A program made the translations under genes and the position numbers. A model generated the notes under the pieces. That model ran no database searches. It worked only from the letters and a program-made list of their open reading frames with translations, and was not told where the DNA came from. From Desulfosudaceae bacterium (GTDB lineage: Bacteria; Desulfobacterota; Desulfobacteria; Desulfobacterales; Desulfosudaceae), in the NCBI GenBank assembly GCA_963674745.2, contig CAXXDV010000003.1:1600001-1664000 (forward strand): a DNA stretch of 64,000 nt. The letters run 5' to 3'. Positions 1 to 9,462 of the stretch are shown piece by piece. Numbering within the stretch: position 1 is the stretch's first letter; each line of letters starts with the position of its first letter.

Positions 1-2
1 TT

Positions 3-230
3 GAAACCGGATCTTTATGCCCCTGTGGCATAAAGGGAGGGGTTTACGATGCGAACAGCAAGACATGGAAGAAAACCCGCACGGTAAACATCGGCCTGGC
101 AAACGAGATAGACGAGAACGCGGAATACTGCTCGGCTGGCTGCTGGGACAGTTCCTGGAAACTTTGCCGGAAAGCGGGCACCGACGCCGACTCAATGAGA
201 GAGAAGGATTTCAGCTGGTGCAAAAACTAA
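3..230 (+). CDS. 3' end of a Cys-rich hypothetical protein, partial at the window edge
   Basis: Frame 3 is open from the window start to TAA at 228-230 (…SLCPCGIKGGVYDANSKTW…EYCSAGCWDSSWKLC…FSWCKN*). It looks more protein-like than the listed 17..247 ORF. Confidence 0.45.
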   Translation, partial: ETGSLCPCGIKGGVYDANSKTWKKTRTVNIGLANEIDENAEYCSAGCWDSSWKLCRKAGTDADSMREKDFSWCKN

Positions 231-344
231 AAGCGCCGCTTGCTTAGATATCTAACAACCATTTCTCCAAACCAGATAACCGTCAGTAATATCAGAAAGA
301 CATCCCCGTAGCGGGCGTAAACAGACCGCTCTTGGGACCCGACT

Positions 345-354
345 GGGGTCGGAC
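345..354 (+). repeat. GGGGTCGGAC boundary motif (family A)
   Basis: Intergenic copy of the motif also found at 1624, 9436, 12112, 21450 and 25519. Confidence 0.7.
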
Positions 355-374
355 AAAACCAATATAAAACAACA

Positions 375-1550
375 TCAGGATAGAATTATTTCTGTTATTT
401 CGTTGAAAGTACCCAGCCTCATGGGCGGCCCCCATCCGCCGGTTCCCTGATTTACATATATTTTCGTGTTGTTAAGTTTATAAACGCCTTTTAAAAAAGG
501 CTGATGTAAATCAACAAGATATGTAAAGGGCCATATCTGTCCCCCATGTGTGTGCCCGGCCAAAACAAGGTCTGCTCCATATTCGGAAGCTTTTATGGCC
601 GTGACTGGCTGATGGGCAAGAAGAATTTTCTTTGAGCCGTTATTTATTCCGGCAAGTGCTTTTTTGCAGTCAGAAGCAAATTTGCTCCCGAATGTTTTTG
701 CTCGATAGTCAGTAACGCCGGCCAGGTAAAAAGAATCGCCGCCGGCCCTGATTTCAATATTTTCATTATTAAGTACTTTAATACCGGATTCTGCAATCGC
801 CCGGGTCCATTTTTTAACGCCGTTGTAATACTCATGGTTTCCGGTTACAAAATAAACGCCTTTTTTTGCTTTCAGGTTTTTTAAAGGGCTGATCTCGTCT
901 ATAAGATTTTCAAGCGGGCCGTCTGCAATATCCCCTGTTATCGCGATCATGTCAGGCTTTAATTCGTTCACCCGGTTAACGATCCGGCTCAGCGCCTTTC
1001 CTGTCATCATCTGGCCAATGTGGAGATCGGATATCTGAACAATTTTAAAACCTTTGAATATTTCAGGCAGACCGTCGAGTGAAATATTTATTTTAGTTAC
1101 AACCGCGTCGGTGTAATAATTTTTAACGCCAATGAAAGATAAACCCAAAACCAGTGCTGAAACCCCGCAGACGACAATCCTGAAAATAAATTCTCTTCTG
1201 TCCGGATTGGCGATGCTCTCTTCTGTACCCGGGAGTTTCGAATAAATAAAAACAAGTAAATGAACGACATCCGTAAAGAGAAAGGCAAAGAAAAACAGCA
1301 TCATTATACCGAGCCAGAAATAAGCACCCCACAAAACCGGATAAGAAAACTTAAGCGGCAGCATCCGGTAAGCGATCTCGGCAGCCGGAATTGACAGGCA
1401 CAGCACGACTAAACATAATGTCCCGAAATATTTAAACGTGCTGCTCAGGCCGGTATCACTTACCATTTTAATCCATAAGTAGTAATGAATTGAGGAAATG
1501 ACCAGAATTGAGACACATAAGAAAATAATTAAAGCCAGCGTTTTAGACAT
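375..1550 (-). CDS. Membrane-anchored metallophosphoesterase (calcineurin-like, YkuE type)
   Basis: N-terminal TM helices, then DLH, GD, GNHE, LAHQP and GHTHGGQ motifs. Confidence 0.92.
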   Translation of the reverse strand: MSKTLALIIFLCVSILVISSIHYYLWIKMVSDTGLSSTFKYFGTLCLVVLCLSIPAAEIAYRMLPLKFSYPVLWGAYFWLGIMMLFFFAFLFTDVVHLLVFIYSKLPGTEESIANPDRREFIFRIVVCGVSALVLGLSFIGVKNYYTDAVVTKINISLDGLPEIFKGFKIVQISDLHIGQMMTGKALSRIVNRVNELKPDMIAITGDIADGPLENLIDEISPLKNLKAKKGVYFVTGNHEYYNGVKKWTRAIAESGIKVLNNENIEIRAGGDSFYLAGVTDYRAKTFGSKFASDCKKALAGINNGSKKILLAHQPVTAIKASEYGADLVLAGHTHGGQIWPFTYLVDLHQPFLKGVYKLNNTKIYVNQGTGGWGPPMRLGTFNEITEIILS

Positions 1551-1623
1551 ATTTGTATCCGGGGAGATCGTTCTCTTCTGATATATAATTTATAAAAAAA
1601 CGGCTCTGACGAAAAAACCAGCC

Positions 1624-1750
1624 GGGGCAGGACCAAACCAACAGTCTGCTCTAAAACAAGATACACCTCAAAACCACCGAAAAACAAGGATTAGAGTGCC
1701 CATCAACATGTGGTGGCCATAAAAGCAAGTTCTTATCCTTTCCTTTATGA
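1624..1750 (+). mobile_element. Short non-autonomous element: family A motif, internal module and TTCTTATCC end
   Basis: Starts GGGGCAGGACC. TAAAACAAGATACACCTCAAAACCACCGAA is nearly identical to the sequence at ~21501-21530, CCATCAACATGTGGTGG is shared with ~18463, and it ends GGCCATAAAAGCAAGTTCTTATCCTTTCC. Confidence 0.6.
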
Positions 1751-1845
1751 TAAGTTTGCGTATTTCGCAGTATTTTTCTCCAATATTTTGTAGTTTGTAA
1801 TCCGTCAAAAACAATAACCTGCTGAATATTATTGATTATTCTTTT

Positions 1846-1861
1846 CGGCATGATTAATGCT
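1846..1861 (+). promoter_or_regulatory. Putative sigma54 -24/-12 promoter
   Basis: CGGCATGATTAATGCT has the GG-N10-GC spacing and lies ~85 bp upstream of the ORF at 1947. Confidence 0.5.
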
Positions 1862-1946
1862 CTAAAGATTACGATAAGATAAGAAGGTTGCGGTATCCTT
1901 TTGCAAGCAACCATAACAGCAACATTATTAACTGGAGGATGAGAGG

Positions 1947-2816
1947 ATGAAGAAAAAATGTTTGTTTGGTAAACTGGCAGTATTGTCAATGCTTACCCTG
2001 TTTCTGTTTGTTCAGGCAACCACCGCATTCGCATTTGCGCCCGAGCCGCCGCCTCCACCATATTCCAAAACGACCCCGGATAATCAATTCTGCGTTGTCT
2101 CGTATAATGTTGCCGGCCTGCCTGAACCACTTTCAGGTAGCGAGCCGATTACGAACACGAAGCCAATCGGCGAAAAGCTGAATGCCTTTGACATCGCCCT
2201 TGTTCAGGAAGACTTTGCCTATCATATTGACCTGGCAAAAGGAGACGGCCACCCCTATGACTCCGGATATATTTTTATGGGAGATGGCCTCAGCACATTT
2301 TCATACTGCCCATTTACCAACTTCACTCGTGAGGCATGGTTGGTATGTTATGGTGTTTTTGGTCACTTGAATGATTGCCTGACGCCTAAAGGGTTCACAC
2401 GTGCGACCCATGAACTGGCTCCCGGTGTATTTATAGACATCTATGATCTCCACATGGACGCTGGCGACAGTCAGGGAGACTTCGACGCCAGAAGGATCCA
2501 GGTCAATCAGCTTATAAGGCGAATTCTGTCAGCCTCCCAAAGTAAAGCCCTTATCGTGGCCGGTGATTTCAATATGAGTTACAGCGGGGAAGGTGATGTG
2601 CTGCTCGGTAAGCTCATGGATGATACCGGATTACTTGACGCAAGGCGGGAACTGGGGATTGGTGGTGACAGGATTGATAAAATACTCTATAGAAGCGGCA
2701 CAGATGTAACCCTTATTCCGGTTAACTATACTGTAGAGTATGATCATTTTAAAGATAGCAGCGGCGATCAATTATCTGACCATACAGCCATATCAGCGCT
2801 GTTTCAGTGGGAGTAG
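1947..2816 (+). CDS. Secreted endonuclease/exonuclease/phosphatase (EEP) family protein, sphingomyelinase-like
   Basis: Signal peptide; SYNVAGLP, VQEDF, HMDAG, GDFN, RIDKILYR and SDH motifs. Confidence 0.88.
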   Translation: MKKKCLFGKLAVLSMLTLFLFVQATTAFAFAPEPPPPPYSKTTPDNQFCVVSYNVAGLPEPLSGSEPITNTKPIGEKLNAFDIALVQEDFAYHIDLAKGDGHPYDSGYIFMGDGLSTFSYCPFTNFTREAWLVCYGVFGHLNDCLTPKGFTRATHELAPGVFIDIYDLHMDAGDSQGDFDARRIQVNQLIRRILSASQSKALIVAGDFNMSYSGEGDVLLGKLMDDTGLLDARRELGIGGDRIDKILYRSGTDVTLIPVNYTVEYDHFKDSSGDQLSDHTAISALFQWE

Positions 2817-2828
2817 CAAAAAAACAGG

Positions 2829-2860
2829 AGCGCAGTCTCGCAATTATGTGAGACTGCGCT
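2829..2860. terminator. Hairpin between convergent genes, probably a bidirectional terminator
   Basis: AGCGCAGTCTC / GAGACTGCGCT 11-bp perfect stem, with an A-run upstream and TT downstream. Confidence 0.7.
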
Positions 2861-2884
2861 TTACAATTCGGAATTCCAGGAATT

Positions 2885-3463
2885 CTAAAACCGGGTTTTG
2901 ATCCAGCGGATGACACCGCCCAGAATCGGAATCTGTTCATATATCAGGGCGGTATCCCAGTAATCCTGATGAAACACGATTTGCCCATGATTATTGAACC
3001 GCACATGGGACATTCCCACGGTCTCAATAACGTTTTCAAGATCCTTCTCGAGAACCAGGTGCATGACCCAGCGGAAATAATAATCGCCTTCCGAATCAAC
3101 CACATCCACTATTTCAAAACGGCAGGAATGAACACTTTCAATGCTTCCCAGAAAATAGGTTTCCATGGCGTCCAGGCCCCGGACGTGTTTAAAACCGTCG
3201 GCAAAAAAAGCATCCGGCGCATACAGCTCCCGTAGCCCGGCGCGGATGTTGTCCCGGGAAAAATCAGCGTAGAATCTCCGGAATTTTTCGATCGCCTCCC
3301 GGGCCGCGGGCGCGCCCGGATTAAAATCCGGGGTACGGACCGGATCCGTATCCGCCAATGCTTTCTGATAATCCGGTGAAATCCGGAAAGACCGGTGTTC
3401 CGGGGAACACCCGGTCAAGCTGAAGACTGATATGATGAACAGAAGCGATAAACAATTTTTCAT
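2885..3463 (-). CDS. SnoaL/NTF2-like fold lipoprotein
   Basis: Lipobox LTGC after the ATG at 3463; YAPDAFFAD and IVFHQDYWD are NTF2-like motifs. Confidence 0.8.
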   Translation of the reverse strand: MKNCLSLLFIISVFSLTGCSPEHRSFRISPDYQKALADTDPVRTPDFNPGAPAAREAIEKFRRFYADFSRDNIRAGLRELYAPDAFFADGFKHVRGLDAMETYFLGSIESVHSCRFEIVDVVDSEGDYYFRWVMHLVLEKDLENVIETVGMSHVRFNNHGQIVFHQDYWDTALIYEQIPILGGVIRWIKTRF

Positions 3464-3519
3464 GGTGGAATGCTCCCTGTTTGTTAAATGCCCATCCGCC
3501 GGGCGGCGGGATGCGAACA

Positions 3520-4551
3520 TCAAAAAAGGTTAGTATGTGCAATGATCCATCGATCCACTTCCAGCCAGCGGTCAAGAAGCCATTTTTTGCGTTTCTGATG
3601 ATCTTCGGGAATTTCCCCTGACGCGATCCGGCGAAAATGCACATGAATCTTTTTCCCGATCAGATCGCCGCGCCAGAACTGCTTGAAATCCGCTGCGCCT
3701 TCAAAGCCGGTATGGGTACAGATAAGGATATCGGCGTCGGGTGCACCCTGAATGGCCGCAGAAAAGCCGCCCATGCGCGGTGGAAGCACGTTCTGCATGG
3801 CATTGATGCGTGACAGGATTTCCGGAGATTCGGTTGTGGATAACTTCGCCCTGATTTTTTCCAGCTTGCGAGGATAAAAACGGGTGCCCTCGGGATAAAT
3901 CAGCACGCCGTCCCGTTTTCCCATACCGGTTGACAGTTCGCGGATGGCGCTCAACTGCCGTTCCGTGTGCTGTCCGCTCCGGTCCACAAAAACATTGGGC
4001 AGGCGGTTGCCGACCACATCCAGGCATGGATCCCACAGCAACTCCTGCTTGAGTACGAACCGAAGGAGCAGGTTGTGCGTATTGGCAATGAGGACCGAAG
4101 CCAGAACCGTATCCGCCGAGCTGGCATGGCGGATCAGGAGAATGATGGGACCGGGAAAGGCGCACGCGATGTCTTCCGCCTTGATCGACATGGAGAAGAT
4201 TTTCAGGGAACCGTACAGCAGGGCATGGGCCCAGCGGCCCTGGAGCCATGCATTCTGCCGGCTAAAGCGTTCCCTGCCGATGCCCATGAAGGCGCCGCTG
4301 ATCACCCATGAAAGAAAAGCACCCATGAGTCCAAGCATTTCGCAGTTCAGATACAGCAGAAAAAAAAGGACGCATCTGGTGCGCGGCCAGGATGCGCGAT
4401 GGGGTAGAAGCAGATCCGGTATGAGCGTGGATAGCGCAATTACGGGAAACCCCGCGGTGACAATGCCCCATAAAAGAAAACACAGGGGAAAGGAAATCAG
4501 TCGCCGCCTCCAGACTCGAAAGAACCGCGCTTCAACAGGATCGGTAATCAT
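3520..4551 (-). CDS. PlsC-like phospholipid/glycerol acyltransferase
   Basis: HASSAD (HxxxxD), FVLKQEL, FVDRS and YPEGTR motifs. Start set at ATG 4551. Confidence 0.88.
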   Translation of the reverse strand: MITDPVEARFFRVWRRRLISFPLCFLLWGIVTAGFPVIALSTLIPDLLLPHRASWPRTRCVLFFLLYLNCEMLGLMGAFLSWVISGAFMGIGRERFSRQNAWLQGRWAHALLYGSLKIFSMSIKAEDIACAFPGPIILLIRHASSADTVLASVLIANTHNLLLRFVLKQELLWDPCLDVVGNRLPNVFVDRSGQHTERQLSAIRELSTGMGKRDGVLIYPEGTRFYPRKLEKIRAKLSTTESPEILSRINAMQNVLPPRMGGFSAAIQGAPDADILICTHTGFEGAADFKQFWRGDLIGKKIHVHFRRIASGEIPEDHQKRKKWLLDRWLEVDRWIIAHTNLF

Positions 4552-5046
4552 GACGTGTCCATTCCTCCAATGGATGCTACCGTAATAACAAAAAAGAAGA
4601 TAGCCGTCAAAAAGCAAGTCGTTTTAATAAACGGTTTCATCGTGCTCCCCCTGCCCTGTCTTTTTTGTTCAAAGCGATATTAAGCGGTCCATGTCAGTTG
4701 CGTTTCGGCAAATATTAACGATAAGTTATTTGATGTGAATAAAACATATTAACATATGCATCTAAGATTTTTCTTCACAAAAGGGCCTGCCTGATAAAAA
4801 AAGATATTTTTCTCTAAAACGATCTGCGTACAAAATTAACCAAAAGAAGGTTTAGAACGCCCTTTTTAAATCTGAAAAGAACGTGTTAAGATTTTTTAAG
4901 GTGTTAGGTTATATGGAATGGGGTCAATTTTTCTGGACGCCGGATCGGAGGCGGGGTGAAGAAAAAGAAAGCCTGATGATGATTGAACATTGACACCCTC
5001 CGTGTTATGTTTTTAAAAACTGAACCCTTTAAGGCTCTTCAATGAC

Positions 5047-5937
5047 ATGATGAGAGACAACAACAAACTTTTTGAACTGACTGATACCGATTCTCCTGCT
5101 GAGACCCTGGCCGAGATAAAATATATCCTGCATTTGATCGACCCTGATTTGGATCCATCGCCCATCGAAAAGATATTCAGGGATATCATCCTCATCTTTA
5201 CCGGGAAATTCCCCGGATACCGGGCAGCCAACACAAAATATCATAACCTTGAGCATACCTGTTCTACGGCTCTTGCTGCTGCCAGGCTCATTCATGGATT
5301 GCATGTCCAGGATGCGGTTTTTTCACCCCGGCTTGTTCAGCTTTGCCTGATCGGCGCGCTTTTTCACGATACGGGCCTGATCCAGACCGAAAAAGAAGTG
5401 GCGGGTACCGGGGCCCAATACACCATCGGTCACGAGAATCGCTCAATCGCCCTCATGGAGAAATATCTCTCTGGAAACGGATATTCCCGTGAGGACATCC
5501 GCGACTGTGGCCATATGATCAAGTGTACGGAACTCGCCTTTAACATGGACGATATCCCGTTTGCGTCTGAAGAAGTCGGGACCATGGCCAGAATCGTTGG
5601 CACCGCCGACCTGGTCGCCCAGATGGCGGACAAAAATTACCAGGAAAAACTCCCCCTGCTTTTTCTGGAGTTCCAGGAAGCCGGAATAAAAGGATTTGAG
5701 ACCCCTCTGGAGCTTTTTAAAGAAACCGAAGGCTTTTATCGATCGATCGCACGTAAACGAATGAAAAATGAACTCAACGGCATTTCTTCGGCAGCGCTTT
5801 ATCATTTCAGGGACAGGTGGAATATCGACCGGAACCTTTACGAGGATTCAATCAAGTACAATATAAGGCTGATGAAGGAAACGGTGATGGAGTCGCTGAT
5901 GCAGCTTTCCATTGTTTCAGGGCCGGATAAAGAATGA
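5047..5937 (+). CDS. HD-domain metal-dependent phosphohydrolase
   Basis: YHNLEH, FHDTG, HENRS and TADL motifs. Confidence 0.85.
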   Translation: MMRDNNKLFELTDTDSPAETLAEIKYILHLIDPDLDPSPIEKIFRDIILIFTGKFPGYRAANTKYHNLEHTCSTALAAARLIHGLHVQDAVFSPRLVQLCLIGALFHDTGLIQTEKEVAGTGAQYTIGHENRSIALMEKYLSGNGYSREDIRDCGHMIKCTELAFNMDDIPFASEEVGTMARIVGTADLVAQMADKNYQEKLPLLFLEFQEAGIKGFETPLELFKETEGFYRSIARKRMKNELNGISSAALYHFRDRWNIDRNLYEDSIKYNIRLMKETVMESLMQLSIVSGPDKE

Positions 5938-6060
5938 TGGCTTCGTAAAAAATTCAAGATCAAGGCGCGCAAATCCTGAGGAATGCAACAACATACATAG
6001 AAGTACGTGAAATTCCGAATGATGCAGCGCAACGAAGATATTGAACTTTTTACGAAGCCA

Positions 6061-7536
6061 TCAGGAAAAGATATGCTGCACGGGCTGAATCCCGAGGGCT
6101 GACGGGTGAAAGGTTTCGACGATACCCTTTTTATATTTGCCGGTTTCCGGATCGCGTTCGTCCAGGTTGATGATGTCTATTTTCTTATAACTGCCGTCTT
6201 TCTCTTTTTCCAGGATGCAGACCAATGGCCTTTTTCTAAAATCTCTGCTGGGAGAACTGACGACCAGGGCGAGTTCGCCGGTTTTAAGCTTCAGCAGGGT
6301 GCCGACCGGGTATACCCCAAGAATACTGATGAGCACCTTGATGAGGGTGGGATCATAGTGTTTTCCGGCACGATCGAACATGTAGCCAAGGGCTCGGTCA
6401 GGACTCAGCAGGTATTTCCTGTAAGCCCGCGCTGATGTTAAAGTGTCATATTTGTCTGCGATGGAAATAATTTTGCCGAAAAGGGTCATCGGTTTTTTCC
6501 AGCCGGCATGGGGATAGCCGGACAGGTCGTATCTCAGGTGATGCTCAAACATCGGCACCATGATTCTGGCCTTGCCTTCAGGGGATGCATTGAGCCTTAA
6601 TAACAGTCTTGCGCTGTTCAGTGAATGCGCTTCAACAAGTTTCAGCTCGCTGTCGGTCAGTTTATCCCTTTTATGCAGAATTTCGGCGGGGATTTCAATT
6701 TTCCCAAGGTCATGAAAAAGGGCACATATGCCAAGGCTGACGATATTGCGACGCGAGAGATTGATGCGCCTGCCGATGCACATGGACAGCATGGCAACAT
6801 TCACTGAATGCGTATAGGTGTAGTCGTCAAATACCCGGAGTGTGCTGATGGCAGCATAAACTTCGTCATCCTCGATAAGATGCGTCGTCATGCCCTGGAC
6901 AACCCGGACGGTTTTCCGTATACCCACCTCACGCTTCCCGTCTTTTAACTTCTGGGCGACTTCTTCGAGAGAGGCCCTGGCATAAGTGTAGTCCTTTCTG
7001 GCCCGTTCCATCCGTTCTGCCTTGTCCTTGTAAGAGGATTCACTGTCATCCTGAGGCCTTTCCGTTTTTTCGATCAGTTCAACCCATTGGATGTTTTCAG
7101 CCTCAAGGCAGTCTGTAATCCAGGCCAGCGGTTTCGGCTTTTGTTCCGCACTGTCCAGAAGACGCATGAACGCCAGGATCTCTTTTGCAGAGGCATCCGT
7201 GATAGCTTCGCGCAGACGCACGCCCTCCAGGCCGCGGGTACTGAAATAACGTATGATGTTATCAAAAAGACTCTTTGTAGTTCTGGTGTAGCTGAGTTTT
7301 TCATCATCAACATACAACTGGTCATTGGAGATTTTGAACGTCAATGCGTCATCATCAATGCAGTTTTTTATGGACCTGGAAAATTTTTCAATTCCCTCTT
7401 TAACCAGCGTATGGTTTTCGTTGTGAATTCGTGCCATCTGGCCCAGGCTGTAGAAGTTACGCAGGAATTCTTCAAATCCCGAATAGGCCTTGCTTTTTTC
7501 ACCATCAGACATTGGTGTCTTCTCCTGAGACATCAC
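6061..7536 (-). CDS. HD-GYP domain protein (putative cyclic-dinucleotide phosphodiesterase)
   Basis: YTYTHSVNV, HDLGK, HHLRYDLSGYP, IADKYD and a YPVG C-terminal segment. Confidence 0.9.
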   Translation of the reverse strand: MMSQEKTPMSDGEKSKAYSGFEEFLRNFYSLGQMARIHNENHTLVKEGIEKFSRSIKNCIDDDALTFKISNDQLYVDDEKLSYTRTTKSLFDNIIRYFSTRGLEGVRLREAITDASAKEILAFMRLLDSAEQKPKPLAWITDCLEAENIQWVELIEKTERPQDDSESSYKDKAERMERARKDYTYARASLEEVAQKLKDGKREVGIRKTVRVVQGMTTHLIEDDEVYAAISTLRVFDDYTYTHSVNVAMLSMCIGRRINLSRRNIVSLGICALFHDLGKIEIPAEILHKRDKLTDSELKLVEAHSLNSARLLLRLNASPEGKARIMVPMFEHHLRYDLSGYPHAGWKKPMTLFGKIISIADKYDTLTSARAYRKYLLSPDRALGYMFDRAGKHYDPTLIKVLISILGVYPVGTLLKLKTGELALVVSSPSRDFRKRPLVCILEKEKDGSYKKIDIINLDERDPETGKYKKGIVETFHPSALGIQPVQHIFS

Positions 7537-7537
7537 T

Positions 7538-9289
7538 TCAGGTCTTTATTTTATTCAACGCTTTCCTGACCACCCCGAACCGGCTTTCTGACGCTTCTTG
7601 AACAGCACCCGCTGCTTCCGGCGTATTAATATAAGACAGGGCTTTGGCGGCGCCCTCACGGAAAACCGGTTTCCCTGTCCCCATAAAACTGTTCCATCCT
7701 TTGTTAAGGAGTATGTTACTCAAAAACGGCACGGACGTGTCAGAACCGCAACGGCCAAGGGCCTCAAAACAGGCTAGGATATGAGCCGGATCTTTTTTTC
7801 CGATATTTTCCTTTATATAATCCAGCAGCATATGCTCCAGTGCGCCGGACCTCTGCCTGGCAAAAGCCGCCAGGATACTGGCGCGTATTTCCTTACTGGG
7901 GTCATCAATGAATGAAAACAGCTTTTGAGCGTATTCGGGGTCCCTTTTAACCAGTTCTTTGATCGCATTTCTGCGCACGATGTCGGATGAATGATCGCAC
8001 ATCCTGAGAATGATTTGATTGATCTCTTCTCCTTGCAGACGATTGAGTATGGCCAGAAGCTTGACGCCCATCTTCTCACCATGCTTCTGTGCTATTTCTT
8101 CAAGAGGCCCGATGTCACGCCGGCTCTTTTTCACGACCACATCCGTGATCAACTGCTGTATCTCGGGTGAATTCCTCTGTACAATGACCGGCACCAGAAA
8201 AGGAACAACCTGAGGCGAAAAATAACGCAGCGCCTGTCCGAGCGCCTTTAACATATCAACTTCACTCGTTGGCACGTTCAGGAGTTTATCGCTGATAAGC
8301 TGAAGGATTTCAGGGCTGTTCAGGTTCTGAAAAAACCGCTTGATGGAAGGGCGCCGCCAATCCTTTTTAGCTAATTCTTTGGTGAAGAGATTATGCAGGG
8401 ACTGAAACAATTTGATCACCAGTTCGATCTTATCCAGCTCAAGGGTTTTAACCGCCATTTCCGAGATGAAACCCAAAACCGCTTCGTATTTTTCAGGGTC
8501 GGACTGGCTGTTAAGTATAATCAGCAACAGGTCAAACAGGTCCCCGGTAATAATCCAGCTTTCTTCCTCTTCGACCATTTGCCGAAGTGTTTCATTATCG
8601 TCACCGGACAAACCCAGTTCGGCATCACCTTTTAAAATATCGGCTATACTTCGGGCATCAATTTCTTCTTTGTCAGACCCTTTCGGCTCCATGGGCCGGT
8701 CCGCTTCTCCTCCCGGTTCTTCTTCTTTTTGCTCAGTATCATCATCCTGAGATTCAGGTTGGGGAAGATTGGAAAAATCAATGAGCAGCATGTCCTGCCA
8801 GAAAATATCAACCGCCTTGAAATCAATGTATTCAAGTTCTTCATCTATCAGGTCGGTTACGATGTCTCCCTCGGCCTCTTCCAAAAACGATCTGTGATTA
8901 TTAACGGTTCTGAAAAAAGAAGCGATCTCCTCCAGCGTAAGACCCTCTTTAAACTCAATCCATTTGATACCGTCACGATAGAGGAGTGTCGTAATATCTT
9001 CCGACGAGGCCTCCTGTGAAACCTCATAGATGATTTCAGAACTGCAAAGGAGACGGTCTTTTTCCACCGTCAGCCGCAAATCACCATGGTTCGTGAAAAA
9101 ATTGCTGAATGCGTCAATTAGGTTTTCAAAAGATTTTATCGTATTTACATGATCCTCCGGATACAGGCCGTAATTCTTCCAGGCCAGGAGAAGAATCCTG
9201 GTTGCCTGCCTGGCATCCTGCAATTCATTATCCGAAAGGGATCTATGACCTTGATTTTCCTGTTGTTCCATTGTGTCTGCTTTTGTCAT
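7538..9289 (-). CDS. HEAT-repeat protein, adjacent to and upstream of the HD-GYP gene
   Basis: N-terminal LYPEDH domain and C-terminal HEAT-like repeats (DDPSKEIRA, ACFEALGRCG, REGAAKAL). Confidence 0.8.
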   Translation of the reverse strand: MTKADTMEQQENQGHRSLSDNELQDARQATRILLLAWKNYGLYPEDHVNTIKSFENLIDAFSNFFTNHGDLRLTVEKDRLLCSSEIIYEVSQEASSEDITTLLYRDGIKWIEFKEGLTLEEIASFFRTVNNHRSFLEEAEGDIVTDLIDEELEYIDFKAVDIFWQDMLLIDFSNLPQPESQDDDTEQKEEEPGGEADRPMEPKGSDKEEIDARSIADILKGDAELGLSGDDNETLRQMVEEEESWIITGDLFDLLLIILNSQSDPEKYEAVLGFISEMAVKTLELDKIELVIKLFQSLHNLFTKELAKKDWRRPSIKRFFQNLNSPEILQLISDKLLNVPTSEVDMLKALGQALRYFSPQVVPFLVPVIVQRNSPEIQQLITDVVVKKSRRDIGPLEEIAQKHGEKMGVKLLAILNRLQGEEINQIILRMCDHSSDIVRRNAIKELVKRDPEYAQKLFSFIDDPSKEIRASILAAFARQRSGALEHMLLDYIKENIGKKDPAHILACFEALGRCGSDTSVPFLSNILLNKGWNSFMGTGKPVFREGAAKALSYINTPEAAGAVQEASESRFGVVRKALNKIKT

Positions 9290-9435
9290 ATAGTCAACAG
9301 AACTATGGTAAACGTTTATTCGACAAAATAAAAAACCACCAGCCCCACAAGGTGAATATTTAATGGTACGACATGAAAGCCTTTTTAGTCAAATGATTGC
9401 CGTTTTTGATCAAAATAAATTGGGGCGCACTAACC

Positions 9436-9454
9436 GGGGCCGGACCAGGTTAAC
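9436..9454 (+). repeat. GGGGCCGGACCAGGTTAAC boundary motif (family A)
   Basis: Matches 12112-12130 at 17 of 19 positions; the two copies bracket the 9463..12000 kinase gene. Confidence 0.75.
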
Positions 9455-9462
9455 ATGCTGGC

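Noticed and set aside
17..247. Listed 76-aa ORF
   Set aside because: It overlaps a more protein-like open frame (3..230) and has no recognisable motif.
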